Shown: in pieces, positions 49,517-62,264 of the stretch
Numbering within the stretch: the stretch's first letter is position 1
Layout: the number at the start of each line of letters is the position of its first letter
Assembly (NCBI RefSeq): GCF_036365525.1
Contig: NW_027141363.1
Location: 62,001 to 126,000, forward strand
DNA: 64,000 nt
Direction: 5' to 3'
From: Heterodontus francisci
Lineage: Eukaryota
Translations under genes and position numbers: made by a program
Notes under the pieces: generated by a model
What the model saw: the letters and a program-made list of their open reading frames with translations, nothing else
Told to the model about the DNA's origin: nothing
The model's database searches: none

Positions 49517-49659
49517 CTTTCACTACAACTTGTTCTCTTAATAGACACAGGAGTGAGATCAGGAGCTTAGAGTCTTGTAACGGTCCAAATCCACTCTTTT
49601 CAAATCATTGGGAGGAACATGAAGAGCATTAGGATGTGATACAATGTTGGAGACGCCCA

Positions 49660-50215
49660 TTCACCCAGTTCAACAAATCAGAATTGAATTGGCTGCCATT
49701 CTGCTTCTCTCTCTCTCTATCTATCTCTATCTCAGTTTACCTTCCGCTCTCTTGCACTCTCTCTCTGTCTCTCTCTCTCTCTCTCCCCTCATGTGTCTAG
49801 GTTTATGTCTCTCACTCTCTTCCTTTCTCAGACTCTCTCTCCCTCTCTAACTCAGTTTATCTTCACTCACTTTCTCTCTCTGACTCTCTGTCTCCTCATG
49901 TATCTAAGGTTATGTCACCCATTCCCTCCTTCTCTCTCTCTCCCTCTCTCTTACTCTTCTTATCTCTTCAGTTTTTTTCCCTCTCTCTGTCTCTCTCTAG
50001 ATCTATCTCCCTATCTGTCGCAGGTTCTTTATCTCAGTCACTCTTTCTCTCTCAGTGTCTTTCTCTCTCTCATTATGTGTCTCTTGCTGTCTCACTGTCT
50101 TTGCCTCTATCTCCGTCTCCCTCTCTGTCTCAGTCTCTTTAACTCTACCTGTCGTTTTTCCTCTCTCTCACTAGATCTCTCTCTCACACACACATACACT
50201 CTCTTTCTCTCTCTA
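49660..50215. repeat. CT-rich low-complexity tract
   Basis: Direct inspection. Confidence 0.8.
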
Positions 50216-50609
50216 ACGAAGTGGGTGTCCTTGTCCTGTTGATGTGTATCAAGCTGGATCTACATAATCTCCTGCTCTTTCAGTTTTCTCACTAAATCCT
50301 TCTCAAAGCCATTGTCCGGTCCATGGTGCTGGATCCCCCTCTGCTGTCCCTGTGGATAAGGTAAACACAGGGCCAGTGCATAAAAACCCAGATTATTGTC
50401 ATTGATTCCTGATAGTTACATTCTGAAATCTCGTGACATCCTTATGAATCGTTCATTGCACCCTCGGCAGTACCTGTAAATCTAGTGTGTCACTGCAATC
50501 ATAACTCAACTCTTTTTATTGCAATAAACACTGTCACTCTGAATAAGGGAACAGTAGGTCAAGGTACCGAGCAATTTTATCTGAAACAGGTGTTTCCTGC
50601 TGCCTTTGT

Positions 50610-50717
50610 TTTTTTTGTTGAACTGCTCCATCTCTCTGAGTCACTGTGATCTCTCCAGGCACAGAAATACACGGCCGAGTGATTCTCCCGCAGGCTGGAG
50701 GTCTCCAGTTTGAAGTT
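50610..50717 (-). pseudogene. Truncated TRBV30-like V relic with intact 23-RSS (50648-50610)
   Basis: NFKLETSSLRENHSAVYFCAWRD then CACAGTG + same 23-nt spacer + ACAAAAAAA; 5' part replaced by CR1 sequence. Confidence 0.9.
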
Positions 50718-50729
50718 GTATTTATTTAG

Positions 50730-51065
50730 TCTTTGGGAGTAGATAGAGAGAAACTATAACCGCTGGTTTGGGAATCTAGGACTAAGAGGCAAAGACTAAA
50801 AATTAGAGCCAGACCTTTCAGGAGTGAAATTAGGAAACACTTTTACACACAATGGGTGGAGAGGTTTGAACTCTCTTCTGCTCACGGAAATTGATGCTGA
50901 ATCAATTGTTAATTTGAAATCGGAGATGAATAGGTTTTTGTGATCCAAAATATATTCAGGGATATGGGGCAAAGGCGGGAATATGGAGTTAGATCACAGA
51001 TCAGCCATGATCTCATTGAATGGTGGTACAGATTTGAGGGGCTGAATGGCCTCTTCCTTTCCCTG
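50730..51065 (+). mobile_element. CR1 3' fragment abutting the V relic
   Basis: ttcaggagtgaaattaggaaacacttttacacacaa...gggctgaatggcct. Confidence 0.75.
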
Positions 51066-53947
51066 TCTTTGTCTCAGCAGTTTCTGCTGACAGTGAATTC
51101 TGTATTTTGGGTAAAGAATTCTCGTGAATTCCCCACCAGATTTCAGTTTATCGCAGCTTTTATTCTCTGTTTTATTCCTATCCACTTCGTCCCCTAGTCT
51201 TTGTACAATCAGCTAATGGGAACAGTTTTTCTTTGTCTACTTTATCTAAACCTCTCTTCATTTTGTACACTTCTATCAAATCTCCCCTCAATCTCCTTTG
51301 CTCCAAGGAGAACAACCCCAGCTTCACCAACCTAACCATGCAGCTAAACTCTCTCATCCCTGGAACCATTCCAGTAAATCTCCTCTGCACCCTCTCAAGG
51401 ACCCGACATCCTTCCTCAAGTGTGGTGACCAGAACCGGGCTCAGTACACAAGTTGGGGCCCAACCAGAACCTCATATATGTTGAGCATACCCTCCCTGCT
51501 TTTGTACTTTATACCTCTATTCATGAATCCCAAGATCCCATAAGCTTTGCGAACCTCTCTCTCAATATGTCCTGCCAACTTCAAAGATCTATGCACATTA
51601 AGCCCCAGGTCCCTCTGTCCTTGAACACTCTTCAGGCCTGTGTCATTAAGTCAGTATTTCCTCTCTGTCTCCCTTCTGCCAAAATGCATCACCTGATAGC
51701 AATGTAGTTCACTGTTAACTGCCTCTGAAATGGACTAGCAAGTCATTCAGTTAAGGGAAATTCAGCATAGGTAATGAATTCTTGCCTTGTCAGTGATGTG
51801 CGCATCCCTGAATATGTGTTTTTATATAAAATGTCTCCTTCTTCATTTTTCTTTCACTGTTTTCTCACTTTGCTTCCCCTCTTTACTTCCTTCAGATCAT
51901 CTGTTTTTGTATATCACAAGTGTTGGTCAAACCAGTGACTATGAACGAGCAGACTTGGGGAAATCCAGTTGTCTATTTTGTGTGGAATGGTTATGATTTT
52001 AATCTGTTTCAGAGTTAGTGGAATTGACTATTAGGTAGATGGGTCAAGTCACTGCTGCATTGCTCAGTCAGTCTTGACAGAAGCAAGTTGGACTCAGGCT
52101 GCGGTGGAGCTCCATCCCCACCTCGTGGCTGTCATGTGTAACTACAGGCACCTGAGATTTGCAAAGTGCAATTGATAAAATAGGCATTATGAAGACATGC
52201 TTTGAAATTGCTCCGTCTTCCCATTTTTTATCCATTGCTTCGGCTGGTGACGCTGGTGACATCGAATTAGATAGAAGATGCAGCATGGATTCAGGCTATT
52301 CGGCCCGATGGGACCATGTTCCAGACTAGCCTGGGGCAGATGGCGGTGTACTTGTCATGTCACTGAGCTGGTAATCCAGAGAATGGGGCTAATCTCCAGG
52401 GGACATGCGTTCGAATCCCACCAGGTCAGATGGTGGAATTTAAATTCAATTAATGAATAAATATAATTATTTCATCAGAAAATCTGCAATTGAAAGCTAG
52501 TCTCAGTTAAGGGGCCCTGTCACCCAGCTGGCTCACTCATGTCTTTTAGGGAAGGGAATCCGCCTTCCTTACCTGGTCTGGTCTACATGTGACTCCAGAC
52601 CCACAGAACACAAGAAATAGGAGCAGGTGTAGACCATATATCCCATCGAGCTTGCTCCGTCATTCAATACAATCATGGCTGATCTTGGGCTTCAATTCCA
52701 CTTTCCTGACTACTCCCCATATCCCTTGATTTCCTGAGGGATCAGAAATCCCAGCCTTAAATGTATTCAATGAAGGAGCATCCACAACACTCTGGGGTAG
52801 AGAATTCCAAAGATTCACAACGCTTTGAGTGAAGCAATTTCTCCTCATCTCAGTTCGGAATGATTGATCCCCTGTCCTGAGATTTCTCATTACCTCCTTT
52901 TTTGAAAAGCCGTGTAACATTTGTCAGCGTTCAATCCGATGGCACCATTCCTGAATCTAAGGAATTCTGGAAAATCATAGCCAGTGCCTCCACTATCTCT
53001 GCAGCTATCTCTTTTAGAACCCTGGGATGTAATCCATCTGCTCCAGGGGACTTGTCAGATTTTCATCCCTCAAATTTCTCGAACACTTTTTCTCAATTGA
53101 TATGAAAATCCTTAATTTCCTCACTCTTTTTAGCCCCCAGATAACTTCCTATTTCTGGGATGGAACTTGTGTGTTCAACTGTGAAGACAGACACAAAATA
53201 TTAGTTCAATTCCCCCATTCCCCATGATAATTTCTCCTGTCTTTACCTCTAAGGGGCCAACATCAACTTTAGCTACTCTCTTACTTTTTATGTAAAAGCT
53301 CCTACCATCTGTTTTTATATTGCTGGTTAGCTTATTCTCACATTTTATTCCCACATCCGATGAAAGAACATAAACAATGTCTTCATCCAGCCCTATCAGT
53401 ATGAGGTGCTATTTCCTGCTCCCTAATGTTTTTATCCAGCATCCATTTACATATATCTGGTTATACACATCATTTATTTCTGTGTGCTAGTGAATTCCAC
53501 ATTCTCACCACTCTGTGTAAATTCATTTCTTGGAGTTATTAGTGAGTATGATGTATTAATGACCTTCCCTACAAGTGCAGACATCTTCTATTCCTCTACC
53601 CTATCATATTCCTTCATAATCTTGAGCACCTCTATCAGGTCACCCCTCAGCATTGTCCTCCGCACTTCAGGTGTCGTCTAAACAAAGTATATAGAGCTGA
53701 GAATTGTGCACAGTGCTCCAGGTGTGGTCAAACCGTGGTACGGGTTGAAGAGCTGTTCGATGAACCATTATACAGGTGTGGGCAGAGACAGTGTGTGTTG
53801 TCTGTCTGGAGGTTGTGGGGAGTTAGAACATGGGCGTTCTGCCACTCGAACGGGCACTGAACAGATGCAGATCCGCATCCGATCAGCCAGGGCTGCTCTT
53901 CACCGAATGCTGGGTTAAATGCACCCGTTTGAAGGGAGACGTGTGAG

Positions 53948-53986
53948 GGTTTTTGTCAAGGCGGCCAATGACTCTGAACCGCTGTG
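53948..53986 (-). other. 23-RSS of V3
   Basis: CACAGCG + 23 nt + ACAAAAACC. Confidence 0.93.
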
Positions 53987-54720
53987 TCCCATCACCAGCT
54001 GCACAGAAATACACCGCCTCGTCCGTGGCGTTCACACTCTCCATCGTCAGAGTGGATTTCTTATTGTCCAGAGTCCTGCTAATAACAAACCCGCTCTTAA
54101 AACCCTCTTCATACTGAGGTTCATTGCTTAGAAAGTTAAACCCGATTAACAGGAATCCTCTGCCGGGGGACTGACGATACCAGTACATGTAGTCGCGAAT
54201 CTTTCCTTTCTGCAGACAGTTCATTTCCACTGATCCTGGTTGTTTAACAGCCAGTGACTGAGGCCATTGATGTATCACATCACCCCGGCAAACACCTAGA
54301 AAGAGAAATTAGAGGGAATGAACTAGTATCGATGGAGTTACAATTGCGACGATGGACGTTGGTGTTGCACCAAATTAACGACGGAAATTCGGTCTGTGTC
54401 CTAATTTCCGACAAGCACCTGGATCTTTACAAATGTAAAATAGAATTGTGGAATCCACAAGTTTGCAAGTGGGTGCAAACATTAAAGAGTTAACATCATA
54501 TTAATAACACTTGTCTTCCCAAACTAGGGGACAGATTAATGAGTTCACTGTCTTGTATGAAATAATCGATTACTGATTTCACAAGTCACCACCGCTGAGT
54601 TTTATTAAGATCATTAATCATCCCTTTCAGTTGATCAAATGTAGAAGAGTGATTGGGACAGAATTTTAACCTACTCAGCCCCAGAAGGGAAATAACAAAG
54701 ACGATGAAACTGAAAGGCAT
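53987..54720 (-). CDS. TRBV: TCR V segment V3; leader 54720-54675, V exon 54295-53987; apparently functional
   Basis: MPFSFIVFVISLLGL A|gtaggt; tttctag|GT-VCRGDVIHQWP...MNC...MYWYRQ...AVYFCAAGDG. Confidence 0.9.
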
Positions 54721-55752
54721 GTTTGCGGTGGATCTGAGAGACTTTCTGCTGGTTACTCTGGGTTTTAAGGGAGGGAGAGAGATGAGGTGTCGGCAGAGCG
54801 GATCGTCATAAGAGGAAGTTATCTCAAGGCAATGAGCCCTGCCCCTAACTTTAAGTTGTCCCCCATTCTTTCGTTTGCTTCCTTCCGCCCCTTTCCACTT
54901 TTTTCTTCTCTCCATTTTCCTCCTTCCACCCCACTTTCCACTCCTCTGCAAATATCTTCACTCTCTTCCCTTTGTGAGATTGCTTTCATGCCGAGGCGAG
55001 GGGAACTGTGTTGGAGAAGGTGGGTGAAAATACAAGGGGCGGTGCAACGAGAGCTGCTTTGGGTGTCTCCAGAGGTAGCGGTGCAGAACAGGGGATTATT
55101 AACATCCTTTTGCAAATTAAAATCAGTAGTGGAGGAAGAGAAGGTGGATAGTTCGATGGCAGCGGAGGCGGTTCATGTAACATCACTGTAAAGTGGAAAT
55201 CTAACTGCATTTAGCATTGAAAGTGGAAAGATTGCAGAAGCAGAGGAATTGGCTCATTGATCAGCGGCGCCAAAGGCTGTGGTGGCGCGAAATACCGTGG
55301 AGCCATAGCGCCGACCAGTGGCAGCATTGTGCAACTGCAACAAGCTGTGTTTGTTACTTTCCCAGTGAAACCCATTGCTCTTTCGGAGAGCCAGTGCAGA
55401 CACGATGGGCCGAATGTCCTCCTCCTGCGCTGTAACAATTCAGCGATTATGAATGTCGATGACAACTGGCAATATTTTGATTTCAATTGTTAACCAGATG
55501 ATCAATATTGTGTAATATTTCTGATGGATTCAAATGTTACAGGATGATATTCTAAGATACTAAGATGTATCTATCCATTGGTCTGTTTATATCTCTGTCT
55601 TTCAGGCTACCGAGCCATCTATTTATCTCTATAAGAGCTGGTTGGCAGCTGAAAGATACAGATGTAGACTCGCAAAGGCAACCAGACAAAGTCAGACCCC
55701 GAGACGGCGAGGAGATGAACAGAAGAGGATAGCTGTAGCAATGAACCTGAGT

Positions 55753-55791
55753 GGTTATTGTCATAGTGTGGAAGGGGTTTGAAGCATTGTG
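55753..55791 (-). other. 23-RSS of V4
   Basis: CACAATG + 23 nt + ACAATAACC. Confidence 0.9.
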
Positions 55792-56597
55792 CTCCTTCAG
55801 TGGCGGCGCAGTAATACATCGCCCTATCTCCGGGGCCTGCAGTCTGAATTTTCAGAGTGCTCCTTTGAATGTCAGCTCTCACCACCTCGAATCGCCTCTC
55901 GAACTCTTCCTGGAAAGTAGGCTTGCTCCCAGACACGTCCGTCACCAGAAGCTGGGGGCCTTGCCCGTGGTGCTGGCGGTACCAGAGCATGGTGATGTGC
56001 TCCGTGTCCTTCTGCTGACAGGTCAGTGTTGCGCTCTCCCCATGTCCCACAGTCAGTTCACTGGGTGTCTGGGACACTGAGGCACATCGACAACAATCTA
56101 GGGTAGTGGGAAGGGAGGAAGAAAGGAAAGGGTCCAAGATTCAGTTAACGCAGCCACATCAGGAAAAGTCTGCAGTGCATCCCAGTGCATTTTCTGATCG
56201 AATATGAGCTCAGACAATCATCCAACATGTGAAGGAGGCCGTTCATCCTAGCAGGCCTGTGCTAGCTCTTTGAAAAAGCTATGCAATGAGTTCATTCCCC
56301 AACTTTTCTCATCTCAATTTAGTTTTAAATGTAATTTATTCCAGTTTTCTAAGAATAAGAGTGAGGTCCTGTCTGGCAGATCATGCACCGGTTATAGAAG
56401 CAAATATCAGTGCAAAGTAACTCAATGTCTGTTTCTATATGAAGGGGACAATGACAACATCAATGAACGATATTACATACGGATCAGTAAGTGTATTTCT
56501 TAAAGAAACTCACGTTAAATGAAACAATAGTAGCATTCTGAAGTTACTTACGCGGCATCAGCAATGAAAAGGCCCAGAGCAGGAGTTTGAATTCCAT
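55792..56597 (-). CDS. TRBV: TCR V segment V4 (distinct family); leader 56597-56552, V exon 56097-55792; apparently functional
   Basis: MEFKLLLWAFSLLMP C|gtaagt; ccctag|AT-CCRCASVSQTP...LTCQQ...MLWYRQ...DRAMYYCAATEG. Confidence 0.9.
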
Positions 56598-56702
56598 CTT
56601 GGTGAGGTAACCAAGATGTGGTCTGGCAGCAGGAGAGGTGGGAAGAATGTGGCGCCTCTTGTTGAAGACATGGGGGAAAAAGTGCAACATAGACGACTGG
56701 AA

Positions 56703-56750
56703 ATGGCGTCACGGATATTGCAAGCCTGAAAGTAAGGGAGAGGAAGTGAG
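56703..56750 (-). promoter_or_regulatory. Candidate V4 promoter: CRE-like decamer plus ETS site
   Basis: - strand CGTGACGCCA ~110 bp upstream of the ATG (cf. V-beta decamer AGTGAYRTCA); AGGAAGT at 56741-56747; similar TGACG + AGGAAGT pair upstream of V3 (54804-54819) and V5. Confidence 0.4.
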
Positions 56751-57109
56751 TTATCATGGCAGGGGATTGCTTCAACTGTTGAGCTTCCAGTCCACGGTCA
56801 TCTGAGATTGAAGTGTTGTTAACTCACTCAGATCCTCGTTCCACAAAACAATTGTGGGGCATGAGTGGAATTACTTCTATTTCATTCAATGGGTTGAGTA
56901 GGGTCCACGGTCTGATCAGGTATTAGTTGGTATAGGGGAGCCCAGAGCAGGAGTTGCTGAATAAAATAACGCCTGCAAACGTGTGATCAGAGCCATCGAT
57001 TTACAATAAACCACAGTTATTCTGGGAGTCGATTGCAGATCTGTCAGCGAATTCTAAAATATTCTATTAGCAATAGCATATGTGAACAGGAATGCGAGGA
57101 GGGCAGAGT

Positions 57110-57865
57110 CAGAACAGCAGAGGAGGAGCACGTTCGGCCCTTCGAGTCCGTGTGAGCTCTCTATACAGCAATCCAATTAGTCCCATTCCCCAAGCAAGTT
57201 TATTTCTCTCCAAGTTCACATCCAATTACATTTTGAAATCATTCATTCTCTCTGCTTCCAGCATCCAGGTAGGCAGTGAGTTCCACATCATTACACCACG
57301 TTGCGTAAACAAGATATTCCTCACATCGCCCCTGTATCTCTTCCCAAAACCTTACATCTGTGTCCCCTAGTCCTTGTATCCAACAGCTCATGGGAACAGA
57401 TTTTCTTTGTCTATTTTCTGCAACCTCTCTTCATTTTGTACACTTCTGTCAAATCTCCCCTCAATTTCCTATGCTCCAAGGAGAACAACCACAGCTTCAC
57501 CAAACTAACCATGCAGCTAAAATCTCTCATCCCTGGAACCATCCCGGTAGATCGACTCTGCACCCTCTCAAGGACCTTACATCCTTCCCAAAGTGTGGTG
57601 ACCAGAACCGGGCTCGATGCTCAAGTTGGGGCCTAACCAAAACCTCATATATGTTGAGCATAACTGCCCTGCTTTTGTACTTTATACCTCTATTCATGAA
57701 TCCCAAGATCCCATAAGCTTCGTGAACCTCTATCTCAATATGTCCTGCCACCTTCAAAGATCTATGCACATTAACCCCCAGGTCCCTCTGCCCTTGAACA
57801 CTCTTTAGGCCTGTGTCATTAAGTCTGTATTTCCTCTCTGTCTCCCTTCTGCGAAAATGTATCAC
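57110..57865 (-). mobile_element. CR1 3' fragment (partial paralogue at 51185-51695)
   Basis: QRDLGVNVHRSLKVA, LVRPQLEH..FWSPH. Confidence 0.8.
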
Positions 57866-60372
57866 CTGATAGCAATGTACTTCACTGTTAACTGCCTCTG
57901 AAATGGGCTAGCAAGTCATTCAGTTCAGGGCAATTCGGCATAGGTAATGAATACTGACCTTGTCAGTGATGTGCACATCCCTTAATATGTGTTTTTATAT
58001 AAAATTCCTCCTTCTCCATTTTTCTTTCACTGTTTTCTGAATTTGCTTCTCTTTACTTCCTTCCGATCATCTGTTTTAGTATATCACAAGTGTTTGCTCA
58101 AACCATTTACTATGAACGAGCAGACTTGGGGAAATCCAATTGTCTATTTTGTGTGGAATGGTTATGATTTTAATCTGTTTCAGTGTTAGTGGAATTGACT
58201 ATTGGGTAGATTGGTCAAGTCACTGCTGCATTGCTCACTCAGTCTTTACAGAAGCAAGTGGGACTCAGGCTGCGGTGGAGCTCCATCTCCACCTCGTGGC
58301 TGTCATGTGTAACTACAGGCACCTGTGGTTTGCACAGTGCAATTGATAAAATAGGCATTCTGAAGACATGCTTTGAAATTGCTCCGTCTTCCCATTTTTT
58401 ATCCATTGCTTCGGCTGGTGACGCTAGTGACATCGAATTAGATAGAAGATGCAGCACAGATTCAGGCTATTCGGCCCGATGGGACCATGTTCCAGACTAG
58501 CCTGGGGCAGATGGCGGTGTACTTGTCATGTCACTGAGCTGGTAATCCAGAGGATGGGGCTAATCTCCAGGCGACATGCGTTCGAATCCCACCAGGTCAG
58601 ATGGTGGAATTTAAATTCAATTAATGAATAAATTTAATTATTTCATCAGAAAATCTGCAATTGAAAGCTAGTCTCAGTTAAGGGGCCCTGTCACCCAGCT
58701 GGCTCACTCATGTCTTTTAGTGAAGGAAATCCACCGTCCTTACCTGGTCTGACCTACATGTGACTTGAGACCCACAGAACACAAGAAATAGGAGCAGGTG
58801 TAGACCATATATCCCATCGAGCCTGCTCCATCATTCAATACAATCATGGCTGATCTTGGGCTTCAATTCCACTTTCCTGCCTGCTCCCCATATCCCTTGA
58901 TTTCCTGAGGGATCAAAACTCCCATTCTTAAATGTATTCAGTGAAGGAGCATCCACAACACTCTGGGATAGAGAATTCCAATGTTTCACAACCCTTTGAG
59001 TGAAGTCATTTCTCCTCATCTCAGTCCGGAATGATTGATCCCTTATCCTGAGATTTCTCGCTGCCTTATTTCATGAAAAGCCGTGTAACATTTGTCAGCT
59101 TTCAATCCGATGGGACCATTCCTGAATCTAAGGAATTCTGGAAAATCATAGCCAGCGCCTCCACTCTCTCTGCAGCTATCTCTTTTAGAACTCTAGGATG
59201 TAATCCATCTGGTCCAGGGGACTTGTCAGATTTTAATCCCTCGAGTTTCTCCAAGAAATTTTCTCAATTGATATGAATATCCTTAATTTCCTCACTCTTT
59301 TTAGGCCCCAGATTACTGCCTATTTCTGGTCTGGAACTTGTGTCTTCTACTGTGAAGACAGGTACAAAATATTAGTTCAATTCCAATGCCATTTCCCCAT
59401 TCCCCATGGTGATTTCTCCTGTCTTTACCTCTAAGGGACCAACGTCAACTTTAGCTACTCTCTTGCTTTCTATGTAAAAGCTCCTACCATCTGTGTTTAT
59501 ATTGCTGGTTAGCTTATTCTCACATTTTATTCCCACATCTGATGAAAGAACATAAACAATGTCTTCATCCATCCCTATCAGTATGACGTGCTATTTCCTG
59601 CTCCCTAATGTTTTTATCCAGCATCCATTTACATATATCTGGTTATACACATCATTTTTTTCTGTGTGCCACCGAATTCCACATTCTCACCACTCTGTAT
59701 AAATTCATTTCTGGGAGTTATTAGTGAGTATGATGTATTCCTGGCCTTCCCTACAAGTGCAGACATCTTCTCACCTCTACCCTATCATATTCCTTCATAA
59801 TCTTGAACACCTCTATCAGGTCACCCCTCAGCCTTCTCTTGACTGGGGAAAAGAATCCCAGACTTTTCTATCTTTCCTGATAGTTATAACCTTTGTGCTC
59901 TGGTATCATTCTTGTAAATCATTTTGCACTTCTGCTCGTACCTCTCAGTGTAATATGGAGACCAGCACTCCGCACAGCACTGCAGATTTGGACCAACCAA
60001 GGTCGATGAAGACCAGAACTGTACACAGGGTTCCAGAAGCGCTCTAAGTAAGGTATTTGTAAGTCTGAACTGTCCTCAGCACTTCAGGCGTCATCTACAC
60101 AAGGCATATCGGGCTGAGAATTGTGCCCAGTGTGCATAATTGTCCAGGTGTGGTCTATCTGAGGTTCGGGTTGAATTGTATTTCAAAGGGCCATTATTCA
60201 GGTGTGGGCACAGACAGTGTGTGTTGCCTGTCTGGAGGTTGTGGGGAGTTAGAACATGGGCGTTCTGCGACTCGAACGGGCACTGAACAGATGCAGATCC
60301 GCATCCCTCACCCAGAGCTCCTCTACACCGAATGCTGGGTTAAATGCACCCGTTTGAAGGGAGACATGTGAG

Positions 60373-60411
60373 GGTTTTTGTCAAGGCGGCCAATGACTCT
60401 GAACCGCTGTG
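60373..60411 (-). other. 23-RSS of V5
   Basis: CACAGCG + 23 nt + ACAAAAACC, identical to the V3 RSS. Confidence 0.93.
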
Positions 60412-61117
60412 TCCCATCACCAGCTGCACAGAAATACACCGTCTCGTCCGTGGCGTTCACACTCTCGATCGTCAGAGTGGATTTCTTATTGTCCAGAGTC
60501 CTGGTAATAACAAACCCGCTCTTAAAACCATCTTCATACTGAGGTTCATTGCTTAGAAAGTTAAACCCGATTAACAGGAATCCTCTGCCGGGGGACTGAC
60601 GATACCAGTCCATGGAGTTGCGAATCTTTGCTATCTGCAGACAGTTCATTTCCACGGGTCCTGGTTGTTTAACAGCCAGTGACTGAGGCCATTGATGTAT
60701 CACATCACCCCGGCAAACACCTAGAAAGAGAAATTAGAGGGAATGAACTAGTATCGATGGAGTTACAATTGCGACGATGGACGTCGGTGTTGCACCGAAT
60801 TAATGACGGAAATTCGGTCTGTGTCCTAATTTCCTACAAGAACCTGGATCTTTACAACTGTAAAATAGAATTGTGGAATCCACAAGCTTGCAAGTGGGTG
60901 CAAACATTAAAGAGTTAACATCATCTTCCCAAACTAGGGGACTAGGGGATAGAGTTCACTATCTTATATTAAATGATTGATTGCTGAATTTCACAGTTTT
61001 ATTGAGATCATTAATCATCCCTTTCAGTTAAACAAATGTAGAAGAGTGATTGGAACAGAATTTTAACCTACTCAGCGCCAGAAGGGAAATAGCAAAGACG
61101 ATGAAACTGAAAGGCAT
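60412..61117 (-). CDS. TRBV: TCR V segment V5 (recent paralogue of V3); leader 61117-61072, V exon 60720-60412
   Basis: MPFSFIVFAISLLAL A|gtaggt; VIHQWP...CLQIAKIRNSMDWYRQ...VYFCAAGDG. Confidence 0.9.
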
Positions 61118-61859
61118 GTTTGCGGTGGATCTGAGAGACTTTCTGCTGGTTACTCTGGGTTTTAAGGGAGGGAGAGAGATGAGGTGTAGGCAGAGCGGAC
61201 CGTCATAGGAGGAAGTTATCTCAAGGCAATGATCCCCGCCCCTACCTTTAAGTTGTCCCCCATTCTTTTGTTTGCTTCCTTCCGCCCCTTTCCACTTGTT
61301 TCTTCTCTCCATTTCCCTCCTTCCACCCCACTTTCTACTCTGCTGCCAATATCTTCATTCCCGTCCCTTTGTGAGCTTGCTTTCATGCTGCGGCGAGGGA
61401 AATTCTGAAGGTAGCGAGGTGTTGGAGAGGGTAGGTGAAAAAAACAAGGGGCGGTGCAACGATAACTGCTTTGAGTGACTCCAGAGCTTATGGTGCACAA
61501 CAGGGGATTATTAACATCCTTTTGCAAATGAAAATCAGTAGTGGAGGAAGAGAAGGTGGATAGTTCGATGGCAGCGGCTCATATAACATCACTGTAAAGT
61601 GGCAATCTAACTGCGTTTAGCCTTTAAAGTGAAAAGATTGCAGAAGCAGAGGAATTGACTCATTGATCAGCGGCGCCAAAGCCTGTGGTGGCGCGAAATA
61701 TAGTGGAGCCACTGCGCCGACCAGTGGCAGCATGGTGCAACTGCAACAAGCTGTGTTTGTTACTTTCCCAGTGAAACCCATGCTGTGGGCTTCTTCAAGT
61801 CACTTCCCGAAATTCATCCTCCTTCTCAGTGTTTCATCCTCTCCTGCAGAGGATTATTA

Positions 61860-62260
61860 CCCGCAGAATTAACGATACAAATTCAGTCTTTGTCCTAATT
61901 TCCTGCCAGTATCTGTACAGATGTAAAGCAGAATAGTGAAATCTACATGAGTAAAAGTGGGTGTAGATGTTATATGGTTAACAGTATATTCTTAACAATT
62001 TTGTTGCCAAAAAAGGGGGAACAGATTAATGAGTTCATTGTCTTATATTCAATAATTGATTGCTGATTTCACAAGTCACCGCCGCACAGTCTTGTTGAGA
62101 TCATTAATCAGTTGATCAAATGTAAAACAGTGATTGTGACAGAATTTAAACATACTCAGCGACAGAAGGAAAATAGCAAACGTCGATGAAATTGAATGGC
62201 ATGTTTGCGGCGGATCTAAGACACTTTCTGCTGGTTGCTCTGGGTTTAAGGGAGCGAAGC
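61860..62260 (-). pseudogene. Orphan V3/V5-family leader (62202-62156, +1 frameshift) with partial intron; V exon missing
   Basis: ATGCCATTCAATTTCATCGACGTTTGCTATTTTCCTTCTGTCGCTGA|gtatgt is 47 nt versus 46 nt in V3/V5; intron homologous to 54370-54674. Confidence 0.8.
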
Positions 62261-62264
62261 TGAG

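Larger units (their letters stand above)
51210..55375. repeat. Segmental duplication copy A (CR1 fragments, SINE, V3, promoter)
   Basis: Collinear with 57385-61780; ~5% mismatch in a 180-bp flank sample counted by eye. Confidence 0.9.
57385..61780. repeat. Segmental duplication copy B (CR1 fragments, SINE, V5, promoter)
   Basis: Collinear with 51210-55375; extra ~240 bp at ~59830-60070. Confidence 0.9.
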
